A DNA stretch of 63,967 nt. Origin: Patescibacteria group bacterium. GTDB taxonomy: Bacteria; Patescibacteriota; Patescibacteriia; UBA9934. Positions 7,121 to 16,993 of the stretch are shown here, piece after piece; the first letter of the stretch is position 1, and each line of letters begins with the position of its first letter. The stretch covers positions 1 through 63,967 of the forward strand of contig JBAZUI010000005.1 in assembly GCA_041661425.1 (NCBI GenBank), given 5' to 3'. The notes beneath the pieces were generated by a model that was not told the origin of the DNA, ran no database searches, and worked only from the letters and a program-made list of their open reading frames with translations. Made by a program: the position numbers and the translations under genes.

Positions 7121-7960
7121 TTATTTTGATGCTTTTTTTTGGGTTTTTTTCCACATCTCAATGCTTTCAGAAAATTCTTGAGCAATCTGTCGGATGGCTT
7201 CTTTTTTTGAAATGCGTTTCTTCTCGTAGAGCGTGAGCGTTGGCATAAAAATCGTTCGCCCGATTGCCATACCAGAGACCACGCCACTTTTTGCTGCGGT
7301 TTGGATCCAGGTGCGCACTTGTTTTTTTGATGCTCCACGACCAAGAACAATGAGTGGAATCTCGGTTGCTCGTGCGACTTGTTGCCATTCTTTTGTGGAA
7401 TTCAACCCTTCGACTTTCCAAAGATCAGGAAGAATTCCATCTTGTTGAAGATTCTTAATGGCGTCGATTAAGAGTTGATATTTCGGTTTCGATCCCTTTA
7501 CAAGAATTTCAATGAGAATTTTTATGTGCAAATCACGAGCGATCATTTGCAACTCTTTGAGGCGTTTATGGATGCGCGCGTGGGTTTCTTGCTTTTCCGG
7601 AGCGTAACGAATCAGGACCTTCGCATAGGTTGGCCGGAATCGTTTCAAATGGTCACTCAATGCATCAGAGTATTCAAACGCCAGCGACTCTCCACCGCTT
7701 TGTTCGGTTGTGAGCGCAAATGCTATTTTTTTTCTTCTGGCACTTTTTAGTATTTTTTTCCCAAATTCCTCATCGACAAGAATTGCGAATTCTTCTTTCT
7801 TTTTTGAGTTCCGATAGACTTCAATGAAGCCGGAAAAAATAATGCGCTTGAGGTGACGAATGCGTCGAGCCTCTCTGGATGCCACCGGGTAAGTTGTTCG
7901 CAATAGTTCTTCAGCGAATGAGGCTCGGTGATCAAAGGGGAGAAAAAAGAGATTTTTCAT
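7121..7960 (-). CDS. Aldolase-like protein (DUF2090 / IolC C-terminal-like, class I aldolase fold)
   Basis: Starts MKNLFFLPFDHRASF. ATG at 7960 overlaps the upstream stop (ATGA). The family call is from memory of the motif. Confidence 0.55.
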   Translation of the reverse strand: MKNLFFLPFDHRASFAEELLRTTYPVASREARRIRHLKRIIFSGFIEVYRNSKKKEEFAILVDEEFGKKILKSARRKKIAFALTTEQSGGESLAFEYSDALSDHLKRFRPTYAKVLIRYAPEKQETHARIHKRLKELQMIARDLHIKILIEILVKGSKPKYQLLIDAIKNLQQDGILPDLWKVEGLNSTKEWQQVARATEIPLIVLGRGASKKQVRTWIQTAAKSGVVSGMAIGRTIFMPTLTLYEKKRISKKEAIRQIAQEFSESIEMWKKTQKKASK

Positions 7961-8490
7961 AGAGATTTCAATTGCCGGCCATGATAAAGGAAAATGGGAA
8001 GAGCACCTTGTTCGGCAAAGGATGCTTCCGGTGTGATATTCGGGAGTGGCCAGGCTTCCACAAGTACCAGACAATCATCTTTGAGTCGCGGACCGATTTT
8101 TTTGATGATTTTTTTGTAGGAGTTTGGCATGAGAAAGAGCGTCACCACGTCGGCGCGGGAAGGATCAATGGAAAAAAGATTTCCAAAGCGAAGGGAGACT
8201 CCATGATATTTTTTTTGGTGCATGAGTATCCGAATCCAGCCGATGCAAAGAGGAATAAGAGAGATGTCGTACCCAATATATCTGAGTGTTGGCGCGGTTT
8301 CCTTGAGTCCGAATAAGAGCGAACCGTCCCCGCATCCCAAATCCATGACAATGCCTTGAGCAGGGAGGGGGATTTTTTTCAATTGGTTTCGTTCTCGTTT
8401 TCTTGTCGGGACCCATGGCGCGGCAGAGAGTCCGGCAATGGCCGCCGAAGCAATGAAACTCCAAACAAGAAGAAAAAGAATCCATTTCAT
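7957..8490 (-). CDS. Class I SAM-dependent methyltransferase with N-terminal membrane/signal segment
   Basis: VMDLGCGDGSLL motif I. Confidence 0.7.
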   Translation of the reverse strand: MKWILFLLVWSFIASAAIAGLSAAPWVPTRKRERNQLKKIPLPAQGIVMDLGCGDGSLLFGLKETAPTLRYIGYDISLIPLCIGWIRILMHQKKYHGVSLRFGNLFSIDPSRADVVTLFLMPNSYKKIIKKIGPRLKDDCLVLVEAWPLPNITPEASFAEQGALPIFLYHGRQLKSL

Positions 8491-9182
8491 AAAATGCGCA
8501 AGAGGTCATCCAGCTCTTTTTGTGTGAGAGGCCGCCAAGTCCCAACAGGAAGATTTCCAAGATGGAGCGTTGCGATTCGAATGCGTTGAAGGGCCGTGAC
8601 TCCGTATCCCAACTTTTCACACATGCGCCGAATTTGTCGATTGCGACCTTCGGTGAGAGTCATGAGAAAGGTATTTGAAGAAAGTTTTTTCGTCTTGCAG
8701 GGTTTTGTTTTCTTGCCAAGAATAACCACACCGCGTTCCAGGGTCTGAAGTGTTTCGGGAGTGAGCGGTTTATTGATGACGACGCGATATTCTTTTTCAT
8801 GTGATCCTCTGGCATGGGAGAGCGCTTCTGCGAGGGCACCGTCGTTTGTGAGAATCATGAGTCCCGAAGAGGCCACATCCAATCGCCCAATGGAAAACGT
8901 GCGCTCCGGGAGTTTGACGTAATCAAAAATCGTGCGGCGCGCATGTGGATCGGCCGTGGAAATCACGCCAACGGGTTTATGAAAAGCAACATAAATCCGC
9001 TTCGTTTCTGCGCGAAGTTTTTTTCCTTGGACCATCACCTGATCTCCCGGGAAAACCGCATCTCCGAGCTTTGCTTTCTTCCCATTGATCATCACGTCGC
9101 CTTCTTCGATGAGTGCATCGGCTTTTCGACGTGAACACGATCCGAATTGGGCGATATATTTATTGATGCGTGTTCCGTTCAT
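8487..9182 (-). CDS. rRNA pseudouridine synthase, RsuA/RluB/RluF family
   Basis: N-terminal S4 domain (RINKYIAQ..SRRKAD) and catalytic GRLDVASSGLMILTNDG. Confidence 0.85.
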   Translation of the reverse strand: MNGTRINKYIAQFGSCSRRKADALIEEGDVMINGKKAKLGDAVFPGDQVMVQGKKLRAETKRIYVAFHKPVGVISTADPHARRTIFDYVKLPERTFSIGRLDVASSGLMILTNDGALAEALSHARGSHEKEYRVVINKPLTPETLQTLERGVVILGKKTKPCKTKKLSSNTFLMTLTEGRNRQIRRMCEKLGYGVTALQRIRIATLHLGNLPVGTWRPLTQKELDDLLRIL

Positions 9183-10168
9183 GTTCGAAATTTCTTTTTG
9201 AGCGCTCGAAGCGCCGAGCGATAAATATCTTCCGCGCTCATATGATAGTGGACAGCGAGTTCTTCGGGTGTTCCCGATTGCCCGAAAACATCACAAAGAC
9301 CGATGCGTTCAATGGGAACCGGATCATTCTGACTCAATAATTCTGCAATTGCTCCCCCCAGGCCTCCGGCAATCTGATGTGATTCCGCCGTCACAATCGC
9401 CCCGCATTTTTTGGCGGCCGCGATGATTGTTTTTTCGTCGAGAGGCTTCACCGATGGGGAATTCACAACCATGGCGCGGATGCCATCCTTTTCCAAGAGG
9501 AGAGCCGCTTGAAGACATTCGTAAACGATCGGCCCCGCCCCAATCAGCGCGACATCGTTTCCCTCAAGAAGAATGGACGCTTTTCCAATCTCAAATGGTG
9601 TGGCGGGAAGAGTAAATAATGGTGTTTCATTTCGTTCGAATCGAAGGTAGACCGGGCCTTCATAATCAATAGCAGCCTTTACTGCTTTCTCTGTTTCAAT
9701 AGCATCGCCTGGAACAAGAACGACCATATTCGGAAGCACGCGCATGAGTGCCAAATCCTCTGTCATTTCATGGGTCGCTCCATCGCCTCCGGCCGAAAGA
9801 CCCGCATGAGAACTAAAGATTTTCGCATCAAGATTTTGCAGGGCGATGGTGGTACGAATTTGTTCCCAGTTTCTTGCGGGCGAGAAGGCGGCAAATGTTT
9901 CCACAACGGGAATTGCTCCGGCAAGGGCAAGACCGGCGCCAATCCCTACCATGGCTTGTTCTGAAACGCCGAATTGGAGAAAACGATCAGGATAGGCCTT
10001 GGCAAAATCAGTCGCACGCACGGATTCGGTCACGTCTGCGCAAAGAACGTAAAGATTTTGATGCCTTTTTCCTGCCTCAAGCAAGCCAAAGCCCGCTCCA
10101 TCACGGGTGGATTTTAGCAAAACGGTTTCGCGGTGTTTCCAACCGCGCTGGAGCGGGGAGGGGCTCAT
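9179..10168 (-). CDS. tkt: Transketolase, C-terminal (pyrimidine-binding) subunit
   Basis: FGVSEQAMVGIGAGLALAG, and a C-terminal transketolase domain. ATG at 10168. Confidence 0.88.
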   Translation of the reverse strand: MSPSPLQRGWKHRETVLLKSTRDGAGFGLLEAGKRHQNLYVLCADVTESVRATDFAKAYPDRFLQFGVSEQAMVGIGAGLALAGAIPVVETFAAFSPARNWEQIRTTIALQNLDAKIFSSHAGLSAGGDGATHEMTEDLALMRVLPNMVVLVPGDAIETEKAVKAAIDYEGPVYLRFERNETPLFTLPATPFEIGKASILLEGNDVALIGAGPIVYECLQAALLLEKDGIRAMVVNSPSVKPLDEKTIIAAAKKCGAIVTAESHQIAGGLGGAIAELLSQNDPVPIERIGLCDVFGQSGTPEELAVHYHMSAEDIYRSALRALKKKFRT

Positions 10169-10169
10169 A

Positions 10170-11072
10170 CTATTTACGAACCTTGCGATAGATGGCGCGA
10201 CCAAGAATGAACAGAGCGGCAGCTGGAATTCCGATGGCGCCTCCAACAATGATCGTGTAGATGAGGGCCACGATGAAATCCTGGAAGAGCTGGACAACCG
10301 TTTGTACAGCTTCGATGATTGATTGCCAGGGGCGGAAGGTGTCAGTCTCGAATCCGATGGTCGTTTCTTCCGAGAGGTAGATGTTGATGGTTGAAAGTGA
10401 GACGGATTCTTCGTAATAATTCATTTCCGCTTCCATCATTTCGATCTCTGCACGTACATTTGAAAGCGCATTTTCGATCATGAGCATGTCCTCGACCTCC
10501 GTGGCTTGGTTCATGATGAGAAGATACTGCGCTTCTTCTGCCTGGGCATTTGAAAGCCGAGCTTGCAAATTAATAACTGATTCCGTGACATCACTCGCGT
10601 ACACATTTTCAGATTCGATAACACTCGCAAGATCTTTTATTGAACCCATGGCCGCATCGAATGCCGTTGCCTCAACCTGGATACTCATCCACCCGCTTTT
10701 TGGCATGTCCGGATAATTTGAAATGGATCGATTAGTGACAAGTCCACCGTGTTCTTTGGCAACACCCGCGATGGCATCGGCGGTTGTTTCCACATTGGAT
10801 GTGGTAATGGAAAGATCACCGGTTTTAATAATAAGTTGAGTTGCGCCGCTGGTATCAATTGAAGCGTCTGAAGAGAGATATGCAGCTTCGGGCGCCACCT
10901 CAGAATTCATGGTTTTGACCGCGAATTCATCGCTAAAATAGACGCCCCCCATTCCTCCACTTGAAGTGGTGTAGGGAACTGGGCGTCCCCAAAAGATGGT
11001 GAGACCAAGGGCGACAATGAGAACAGCGCCGAGGCCAAGGAGCCAGTAGAACGTTGGTTTGGATATTTTCAT
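10170..11072 (-). CDS. Membrane-anchored coiled-coil protein (DUF4349-like)
   Basis: N-terminal and C-terminal TM helices with a central Q/E/A-rich coiled coil. ATGA overlap with the upstream tkt subunit. Confidence 0.6.
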   Translation of the reverse strand: MKISKPTFYWLLGLGAVLIVALGLTIFWGRPVPYTTSSGGMGGVYFSDEFAVKTMNSEVAPEAAYLSSDASIDTSGATQLIIKTGDLSITTSNVETTADAIAGVAKEHGGLVTNRSISNYPDMPKSGWMSIQVEATAFDAAMGSIKDLASVIESENVYASDVTESVINLQARLSNAQAEEAQYLLIMNQATEVEDMLMIENALSNVRAEIEMMEAEMNYYEESVSLSTINIYLSEETTIGFETDTFRPWQSIIEAVQTVVQLFQDFIVALIYTIIVGGAIGIPAAALFILGRAIYRKVRK

Positions 11073-11947
11073 AGATGTTTTAAGTCACTTAAAGCTTGTT
11101 GTTTTTGCCGTGATCGCGGGACCTTATCCTCGGGACCGGTTCCCGGAACCGCGCCATGCCAACGATAATTATGCTCCATATAATGAACGCCTTTTCCCGG
11201 GATGGTGTGGAGAAGAAGAACAGTTGGAATCTGCGAAGTTGAACGTGCAAGTCCCAAGGTATCGATCATTTCCCGAATATTATGTCCGTCCACTTCGAGT
11301 ACTTGAAAACCGAATGCTTCGAATTTTTCACGTAAAGGTTCAAGAGGCATGATGTCCTCGGTTTTCCCATCGATTTGGATGCCATTTCGATCGACTATCC
11401 AGGTGAGCGTATCAAGATGATGCTTTGAAATAAAGAGTGCGGTTTCCCAGACGATCCCGGTTTGAAGCTCGCCGTCAGAAAGGAGGCAATAGGTGTGCCA
11501 GGGAAGACCGTGCTGTTTTGCGAAGTAGGCGAGCCCGGCCGATTGTGCGGCTCCGTCTCCCAAAGGGCCTGAGGTTGTCTCAACTCCAGCAAGAGAGGCG
11601 ATTTCCGGATGACCTTGAAGCGCTGATCCGAATTTTCGCAGGGTTTTCAGTTCTTCGCGTGGAAAATATCCGGCTCGGGCCATCGCGGCATAACGCGAAG
11701 GACACACATGACCATTGGAAAGAATAAAACGATCCCGATCCTTCCATCGAGGTTTTTTCGGGTCATGAACGAGAACATGAAAATAGAGCGCGGTCATAAG
11801 ATCAGCAATCCCCAAGGATCCGGCCGCATGTCCGCTTTGGGAAGTCGCAAGCATTTCAACAATATCCACACGAATCTCGCGTGCGATTTTTTCTAAACGT
11901 AAAAAATCCGAATCAGTGAGGACGCGAAGGGCAGAGGGTTTCTCCAT
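11069..11947 (-). CDS. tkt: Transketolase, N-terminal (TPP-binding) subunit
   Basis: SGHAAGSLG, ILSNGH and LSDGELQTG motifs. Confidence 0.9.
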   Translation of the reverse strand: MEKPSALRVLTDSDFLRLEKIAREIRVDIVEMLATSQSGHAAGSLGIADLMTALYFHVLVHDPKKPRWKDRDRFILSNGHVCPSRYAAMARAGYFPREELKTLRKFGSALQGHPEIASLAGVETTSGPLGDGAAQSAGLAYFAKQHGLPWHTYCLLSDGELQTGIVWETALFISKHHLDTLTWIVDRNGIQIDGKTEDIMPLEPLREKFEAFGFQVLEVDGHNIREMIDTLGLARSTSQIPTVLLLHTIPGKGVHYMEHNYRWHGAVPGTGPEDKVPRSRQKQQALSDLKHL

Positions 11948-12039
11948 AGATCACCCCCTAGTATAGCAGAAGTAAAAATACATGAGAAATAGAAAACAGA
12001 GTGATTTTTCACCCTGTTTTCTTATAAGATTTTCGTTTT

Positions 12040-12858
12040 TTATTCTACGTAGACCGCCCCTGTCAACTGCGAATTGTAACTATCGAAGAACCCGAATGTT
12101 CCAGCGGTTTTAAAACGTGAAATAAAGCTTTCACCTGGATTGAGTGTTCCAGTACCCCACGTGAGCGCTTCCGCCGTTGCCGTATGAGTGATGGTATCGT
12201 TATTTGTGAATCGAACAGTCCCATTGGCATTGATCGTCACTGAAATTGGGCTATAGCCGGAGCTCGTAATGGAGATCTCTCCCGGCTCCTCGAGCGCTTT
12301 GTCACTATTAATATCCGCAACACTCGCGGTCACTGTTGAAGGAACGAACTCGGCGGCGTCATCGATGGCTTCGCCAACCGTGTAGTTACTAAAGAAGCTA
12401 TCCGGGACATCGTGGATTTTTGTATTCCAACTGCTTCCATAGAGTGAGATTGCAATACTCTCCGTGCTGACCCAACGAAGGGTTCCGCTCTGCGCCACGG
12501 CGTAGACTTTTGGATCGGTATTGATTTTAATCATCATCACCCCCGGACGATAGGTGACGTTTCCACCGATTTGGATTTTTGATAGATCGGTATCAGAGAG
12601 GAATTTTACCGTGTCGAAATTTGAATACCACGTAAAATAGGTATTGCTATTTGGAAAGACATAGCGTAGCCCGTCGCGGCCCATATAATAAACGGCGGAA
12701 TACGTTGTGCCGCGAATAAGATCGCCGGCAACCACGGAGCTAAGGGGTGTTGTTGCTCCTGCTTTCTCGGGCACGATCGCAAAGAAAAGTCCCATCCCGA
12801 CTAAAAGGAAGGCAGAAAAAGCAACCACGGTCTTCTTAAAAGACAAAGCAATACTCAT
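12040..12858 (-). CDS. Secreted protein: N-terminal domain shared with the FG-GAP protein C-terminus, plus a C-terminal cupredoxin-like domain without obvious Cu ligands
   Basis: Signal/TM segment. The block VYYMGRDGLRYVFPNSNTYFTWY...KINTDPKVYAV...RWVSTE aligns with 25250-25684. Confidence 0.7.
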   Translation of the reverse strand: MSIALSFKKTVVAFSAFLLVGMGLFFAIVPEKAGATTPLSSVVAGDLIRGTTYSAVYYMGRDGLRYVFPNSNTYFTWYSNFDTVKFLSDTDLSKIQIGGNVTYRPGVMMIKINTDPKVYAVAQSGTLRWVSTESIAISLYGSSWNTKIHDVPDSFFSNYTVGEAIDDAAEFVPSTVTASVADINSDKALEEPGEISITSSGYSPISVTINANGTVRFTNNDTITHTATAEALTWGTGTLNPGESFISRFKTAGTFGFFDSYNSQLTGAVYVE

Positions 12859-12894
12859 AGTTTATTTATTACGACACTAGTATAGCACATTTTT

Positions 12895-13536
12895 TTAGGT
12901 CTCAAGAAATTTTTGATAGGCTGCTCCCGGATCCTCTGAATTCCAGAGGCTTGATCCAAGATAAAAACGTTCAATACCAAGAGAAATCAATGTTTTTTTC
13001 ATGGCGAGCGTGATACCGCCATCAATCCCCACGGGAAGCCCTGGGAACAACTTGTGGATTTCTTTTATTTTTTCAAGAACAGGTTCCCCGAGAAATGGTT
13101 GCCCGGAAGCTCCTGGAGGAACGCCCATCATAATAAGGTAGGAAAGAAGCGGTAGATCATCCTGGATCATGGAAAGATCGGTTGTGGCTTCGATGGCGAG
13201 CCCCACGGATTTACCCGAGGCGAGAATCGCTTCAATGGTTTGTGAGCGATGATCGATTTCCGGGTGAACAGTGATGCACGAAATCGATGGAAGAAGCGAA
13301 AACCATTGGGATAGGACAGCAAGAGGATCCTTGACCATGAAATGAATTTCAAGATCCGGAAGTGAGGGGAATGCGGTGATTTCCATGGGCGATGCCCATG
13401 ATGAGGCACCAAAAAGTGAGCCGTCAAGAACGTCAATCTGCCAAAGAGGCGCGAGAGCGCGAAGACCCTCATGACACAATTTTTGAAAACATTCCTCCTT
13501 TGAGTGAGCGAGAACCGTTGGGATAAGTTGGGTCAT
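12895..13536 (-). CDS. rpe: Ribulose-phosphate 3-epimerase-like protein
   Basis: IDVLDG, HFMV, PGASGQPF and GIDGGI motifs occur in Rpe order. Confidence 0.7.
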   Translation of the reverse strand: MTQLIPTVLAHSKEECFQKLCHEGLRALAPLWQIDVLDGSLFGASSWASPMEITAFPSLPDLEIHFMVKDPLAVLSQWFSLLPSISCITVHPEIDHRSQTIEAILASGKSVGLAIEATTDLSMIQDDLPLLSYLIMMGVPPGASGQPFLGEPVLEKIKEIHKLFPGLPVGIDGGITLAMKKTLISLGIERFYLGSSLWNSEDPGAAYQKFLET

Positions 13537-13545
13537 AGCCGATGA

Positions 13546-13992
13546 TTATTCGAATGTTTCAATTTGTTTCAAGCGTCGCTCATGACGTTTTGATTTCGAA
13601 AAAGGAGTTTGAAGAAAGAGATCGACAATTTTTAACGGATCATCCTCGATTTCAATGCGACCGGGAAGACAGAGGATATTCCCATTGTCATCGGTGCGGA
13701 GGGTTTTTGTCGCTTCTTTCGAATACCCGATGCCCGCACGAATCCCATGGAATTTATTTGCCGCAATACAAACACCCTCAGCATTCCCACAGATAAGAAT
13801 TCCAAACGAACCGGGGTGCGCCAGTACGGCCTCGGCAACGGCGTTGGCGTATTGGGGATAGTCATCGGCGGGGTTTAGCGTTGGGGCTCCCAAATCTTCA
13901 ACCGCGTATTCATGTAACTCTAAATGTTCGGAAATGATGGTTTTTAAATCAAATCCCGCATGGTCGGCGCCAAGATAAACGGTTGTTTGCAT
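13546..13992 (-). CDS. rpiB: Ribose-5-phosphate isomerase B
   Basis: GADHAGFDLK and ILICGNAEGVCIAANK motifs. ATG at 13992 lies inside the longer track ORF. Confidence 0.88.
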   Translation of the reverse strand: MQTTVYLGADHAGFDLKTIISEHLELHEYAVEDLGAPTLNPADDYPQYANAVAEAVLAHPGSFGILICGNAEGVCIAANKFHGIRAGIGYSKEATKTLRTDDNGNILCLPGRIEIEDDPLKIVDLFLQTPFSKSKRHERRLKQIETFE

Positions 13993-14055
13993 AGATGGGT
14001 TCAGTATAGCATTTCCCTTGAGCTTTTTGCATTTCATTGATACGATTACGGCCGT

Positions 14056-16992
14056 ATGGAAGCCAAAAAACCAACCACACATTCCGAAGATGAGCATCGA
14101 ATCCTCTCGTATTGGAAGGAGCATCGGTGCTTTGAAAAGTCTGTTGAAAATCGCCCAGAAGGCGACCCTTACGTCTTTTTTGACGGTCCTCCGTTTGCCA
14201 CGGGTCTTCCGCATTATGGTCATATTGTCGCGAGTGTCATGAAAGACGTTGTGCCACGTTATTTCACGATGCGCGGGAAACGTGTTGAGCGTATTTGGGG
14301 CTGGGACTGTCATGGGTTGCCGATTGAAAATATCGTTCAGAAAAAACATGATTTAAAAACAAGCGAAGAAATTGAAGCCTTTGGCGTTCGTGAATTTAAC
14401 GAGGCCTGTCGAGCGGATGTTTTGACCTACGTCGACGAGTGGAAAAAAGTCGTTGAGCGGTTGGGGCGATGGGTTGATATGGACCATGCGTATCACACCA
14501 TGGATTTTTCTTTTATGGAGTCTGTGTGGTGGGCACTCAAGGAGCTGTGGAAGAAAGATCGTTTGTATGAGGGTCGAAAACCCATGCACATTTGTCCACG
14601 CTGTGAAACGGTTCTCTCAAATGCGGAAGTCGGTCAAGGATACGCTGATGTCACAGATCTTACGGTTACGGCAAAGTTCAAATTAACAAGCGGTCCTCAA
14701 AAAGGAGCCTTTGTTCTTGCATGGACCACGACCCCCTGGACATTGCCGGGCAATGTTTTGCTGGCGGTGCATCCGTCCATTGAATATGTTGTTGTCGAAA
14801 TTGAAGGTGATCGTTTTATCTTCGCGAAAGATCGCATGGAAGCGGTTTTAAAAGGAAAAGAAGCAAAAACAATCGCAACCTTGACGGGAAGTCTGCTCGC
14901 AAAATCGACATATGAACCGCTCTTTCCGGTTTTTGCCGATCATCCGCATGCGTTCCGTGTTGTTGAAGCGGATTTTGTGACCATTGAAGAGGGGACGGGG
15001 ATTGTCCATATTGCTCCGGGATTTGGAGAAGATGATATGGAATTGGGGCTTCGAGAAGATGTTGACCCCATCATGCATGTTTCACTCAATGGGACTTTTG
15101 TACCGGAGCTTGTTGATCATCTCAATTCAGAAGGTTTTCCTCTTGCCGGCATCCCAATGAAGGAGAAGGGTGTTTACGATAAAGTGGACGTGGAGATTCT
15201 TCGTTATCTTGCAAAAAAAGGTTTGCTTTTTTCAAAAGAAAAAGTGAAACACCCGTATCCTCACTGTTGGCGATGCGATACGCCGCTTTTAAATTACGCC
15301 ACGAATTCTTGGTTTATTAAAGTGGCCTCCGAGCGTGAACGACTGCTTCTTACCAATCGGGAAATTCAATGGGTGCCGGAGCATATGAAGGATGGACGTT
15401 TCGGCAATTGGCTCTCGGGGGCGCGGGATTGGGCAATTTCTCGATCGCGCTTTTGGGGGACACCGCTTCCATTTTGGAAAAGCGAGGATGGGGATGTTCT
15501 CGTGATCGGGTCAAAACAAGAATTGGAAGAATTATCCGGTATTGCGGTCACGGATTTGCATAAACATATCGTGGATGATATTCGGATTCGAAAAGATGGA
15601 AAAGAATATCGCCGCGTGCCCGAAGTGCTTGATTGTTGGTTTGAGTCAGGTGCCATGCCTTTTGCGCAGTTGCATTACCCGTTTGAGCATCAAGAGCAAT
15701 TTGATGCAGGATTTCCCGCGGAATTCATTGCGGAGGGTCAGGATCAAACGCGTGGATGGTTTTATACCTTGCATGTGCTTGCCAATGCATTATTCGGGAT
15801 GCCAGCTTTTAAACATGTGGTGGTGAACGGCATTGTCCTTGCGGAAGACGGAAAAAAGATGAGTAAGCGTCTAAAAAATTATCCGGATCCCATGGAAGTC
15901 ATGGAGCGTCATGGCGCAGATGCGGTCCGATATTATTTGATGTCTGGTCCGGTGGTGCATGCGGAAAATCTTCGATTCAGCGAGAAGGATGTGAACGAAG
16001 TCTCGAAAAAATTTATCACGATTTTTCGCAATATCCTCTCATTTTACGAGCTTTATGCTTCGTTCGATGATAAAACCTATGAGGTGAACGCAGAAGGTCT
16101 TTTCGAAGACGGGATGATCTTAAAAAAACGCTCCGAGCTCGCGATTCTTGATCGATGGATTCTTTCTCGACTTTATGAGACGCATCAGCATGAAACTGAG
16201 GCGATGGATCGGTACGACCTTCAGGAGGCGGCGCGCGTTCTTCAATCGTTTGTGACGGATTTTTCAACGTGGTATGTGCGTCGCTCTCGAGATCGAATGA
16301 AAGTTGAGGGAAGCGATCGAGTGGAAGCCTTGGCGACTATGCGATCAGTGCTTGAATTTTTTGCAAAGATGATGGCACCGTTCCTGCCTTTTCTTGCCGA
16401 GCTTATTTATCAGAGTGTTCATCATCATTTTTCCGGCGAGGAGGAGCATCTCTCTGTTCATCTGGAACTCTGGCCGGAGATTCAATCCGTAGAACAGGAG
16501 ATTCTCACGGCGATGGGTGAGGCGCGCGCCATGGTGAGCCGAGCGCTTGATCTTCGCGAAGAGGCGGGAATCCCGGTAAAACAAGCTCTTCAATCAATGA
16601 TGGTGACGCTTCCAAGCGGCACGGTCCTCGAAGCCTATCGCACGGTTATTTGTGATGAGGTGAATGTGAAAGAAATGACCGTGCAATCCGGAGAACTCGC
16701 TGTCGCCTTAGATACCACCATCACCCCAGCTTTACGTCGAGAGGGGATGTGCCGTGATGTGGTGCGACATGTGAATCAATTGCGAAAGGAAAGCGGTCTC
16801 ACGATCGCGGATCGCATTCAATTACGTATCAATTCCAATAGTGAAGAAGGACAGATGATGTTGCGTGAACATGAGGCGACCATCCTTTCCGCAACGCTTG
16901 CTGATTCCATTGAAATGGGTCCTCTGAGTTCAGCTATGGAGCATCAGACCACATTCAAAACAGGCGAACAGGAGTTCTCTGTCGGATTTTAA
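14056..16992 (+). CDS. ileS: Isoleucyl-tRNA synthetase (eukaryote-like type 2 signature)
   Basis: GPPFATGLPHYGHI (HIGH region) and KMSKRLKNYPDP. Confidence 0.95.
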   Translation: MEAKKPTTHSEDEHRILSYWKEHRCFEKSVENRPEGDPYVFFDGPPFATGLPHYGHIVASVMKDVVPRYFTMRGKRVERIWGWDCHGLPIENIVQKKHDLKTSEEIEAFGVREFNEACRADVLTYVDEWKKVVERLGRWVDMDHAYHTMDFSFMESVWWALKELWKKDRLYEGRKPMHICPRCETVLSNAEVGQGYADVTDLTVTAKFKLTSGPQKGAFVLAWTTTPWTLPGNVLLAVHPSIEYVVVEIEGDRFIFAKDRMEAVLKGKEAKTIATLTGSLLAKSTYEPLFPVFADHPHAFRVVEADFVTIEEGTGIVHIAPGFGEDDMELGLREDVDPIMHVSLNGTFVPELVDHLNSEGFPLAGIPMKEKGVYDKVDVEILRYLAKKGLLFSKEKVKHPYPHCWRCDTPLLNYATNSWFIKVASERERLLLTNREIQWVPEHMKDGRFGNWLSGARDWAISRSRFWGTPLPFWKSEDGDVLVIGSKQELEELSGIAVTDLHKHIVDDIRIRKDGKEYRRVPEVLDCWFESGAMPFAQLHYPFEHQEQFDAGFPAEFIAEGQDQTRGWFYTLHVLANALFGMPAFKHVVVNGIVLAEDGKKMSKRLKNYPDPMEVMERHGADAVRYYLMSGPVVHAENLRFSEKDVNEVSKKFITIFRNILSFYELYASFDDKTYEVNAEGLFEDGMILKKRSELAILDRWILSRLYETHQHETEAMDRYDLQEAARVLQSFVTDFSTWYVRRSRDRMKVEGSDRVEALATMRSVLEFFAKMMAPFLPFLAELIYQSVHHHFSGEEEHLSVHLELWPEIQSVEQEILTAMGEARAMVSRALDLREEAGIPVKQALQSMMVTLPSGTVLEAYRTVICDEVNVKEMTVQSGELAVALDTTITPALRREGMCRDVVRHVNQLRKESGLTIADRIQLRINSNSEEGQMMLREHEATILSATLADSIEMGPLSSAMEHQTTFKTGEQEFSVGF

Positions 16993-16993
16993 T

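Noticed and set aside
13993-14055. T-box or other leader riboswitches upstream of the aminoacyl-tRNA synthetase genes.
   Set aside because: The upstream intergenic regions are too short (~60-130 nt) and lack the T-box consensus. valS, tyrS and argS are directly coupled.
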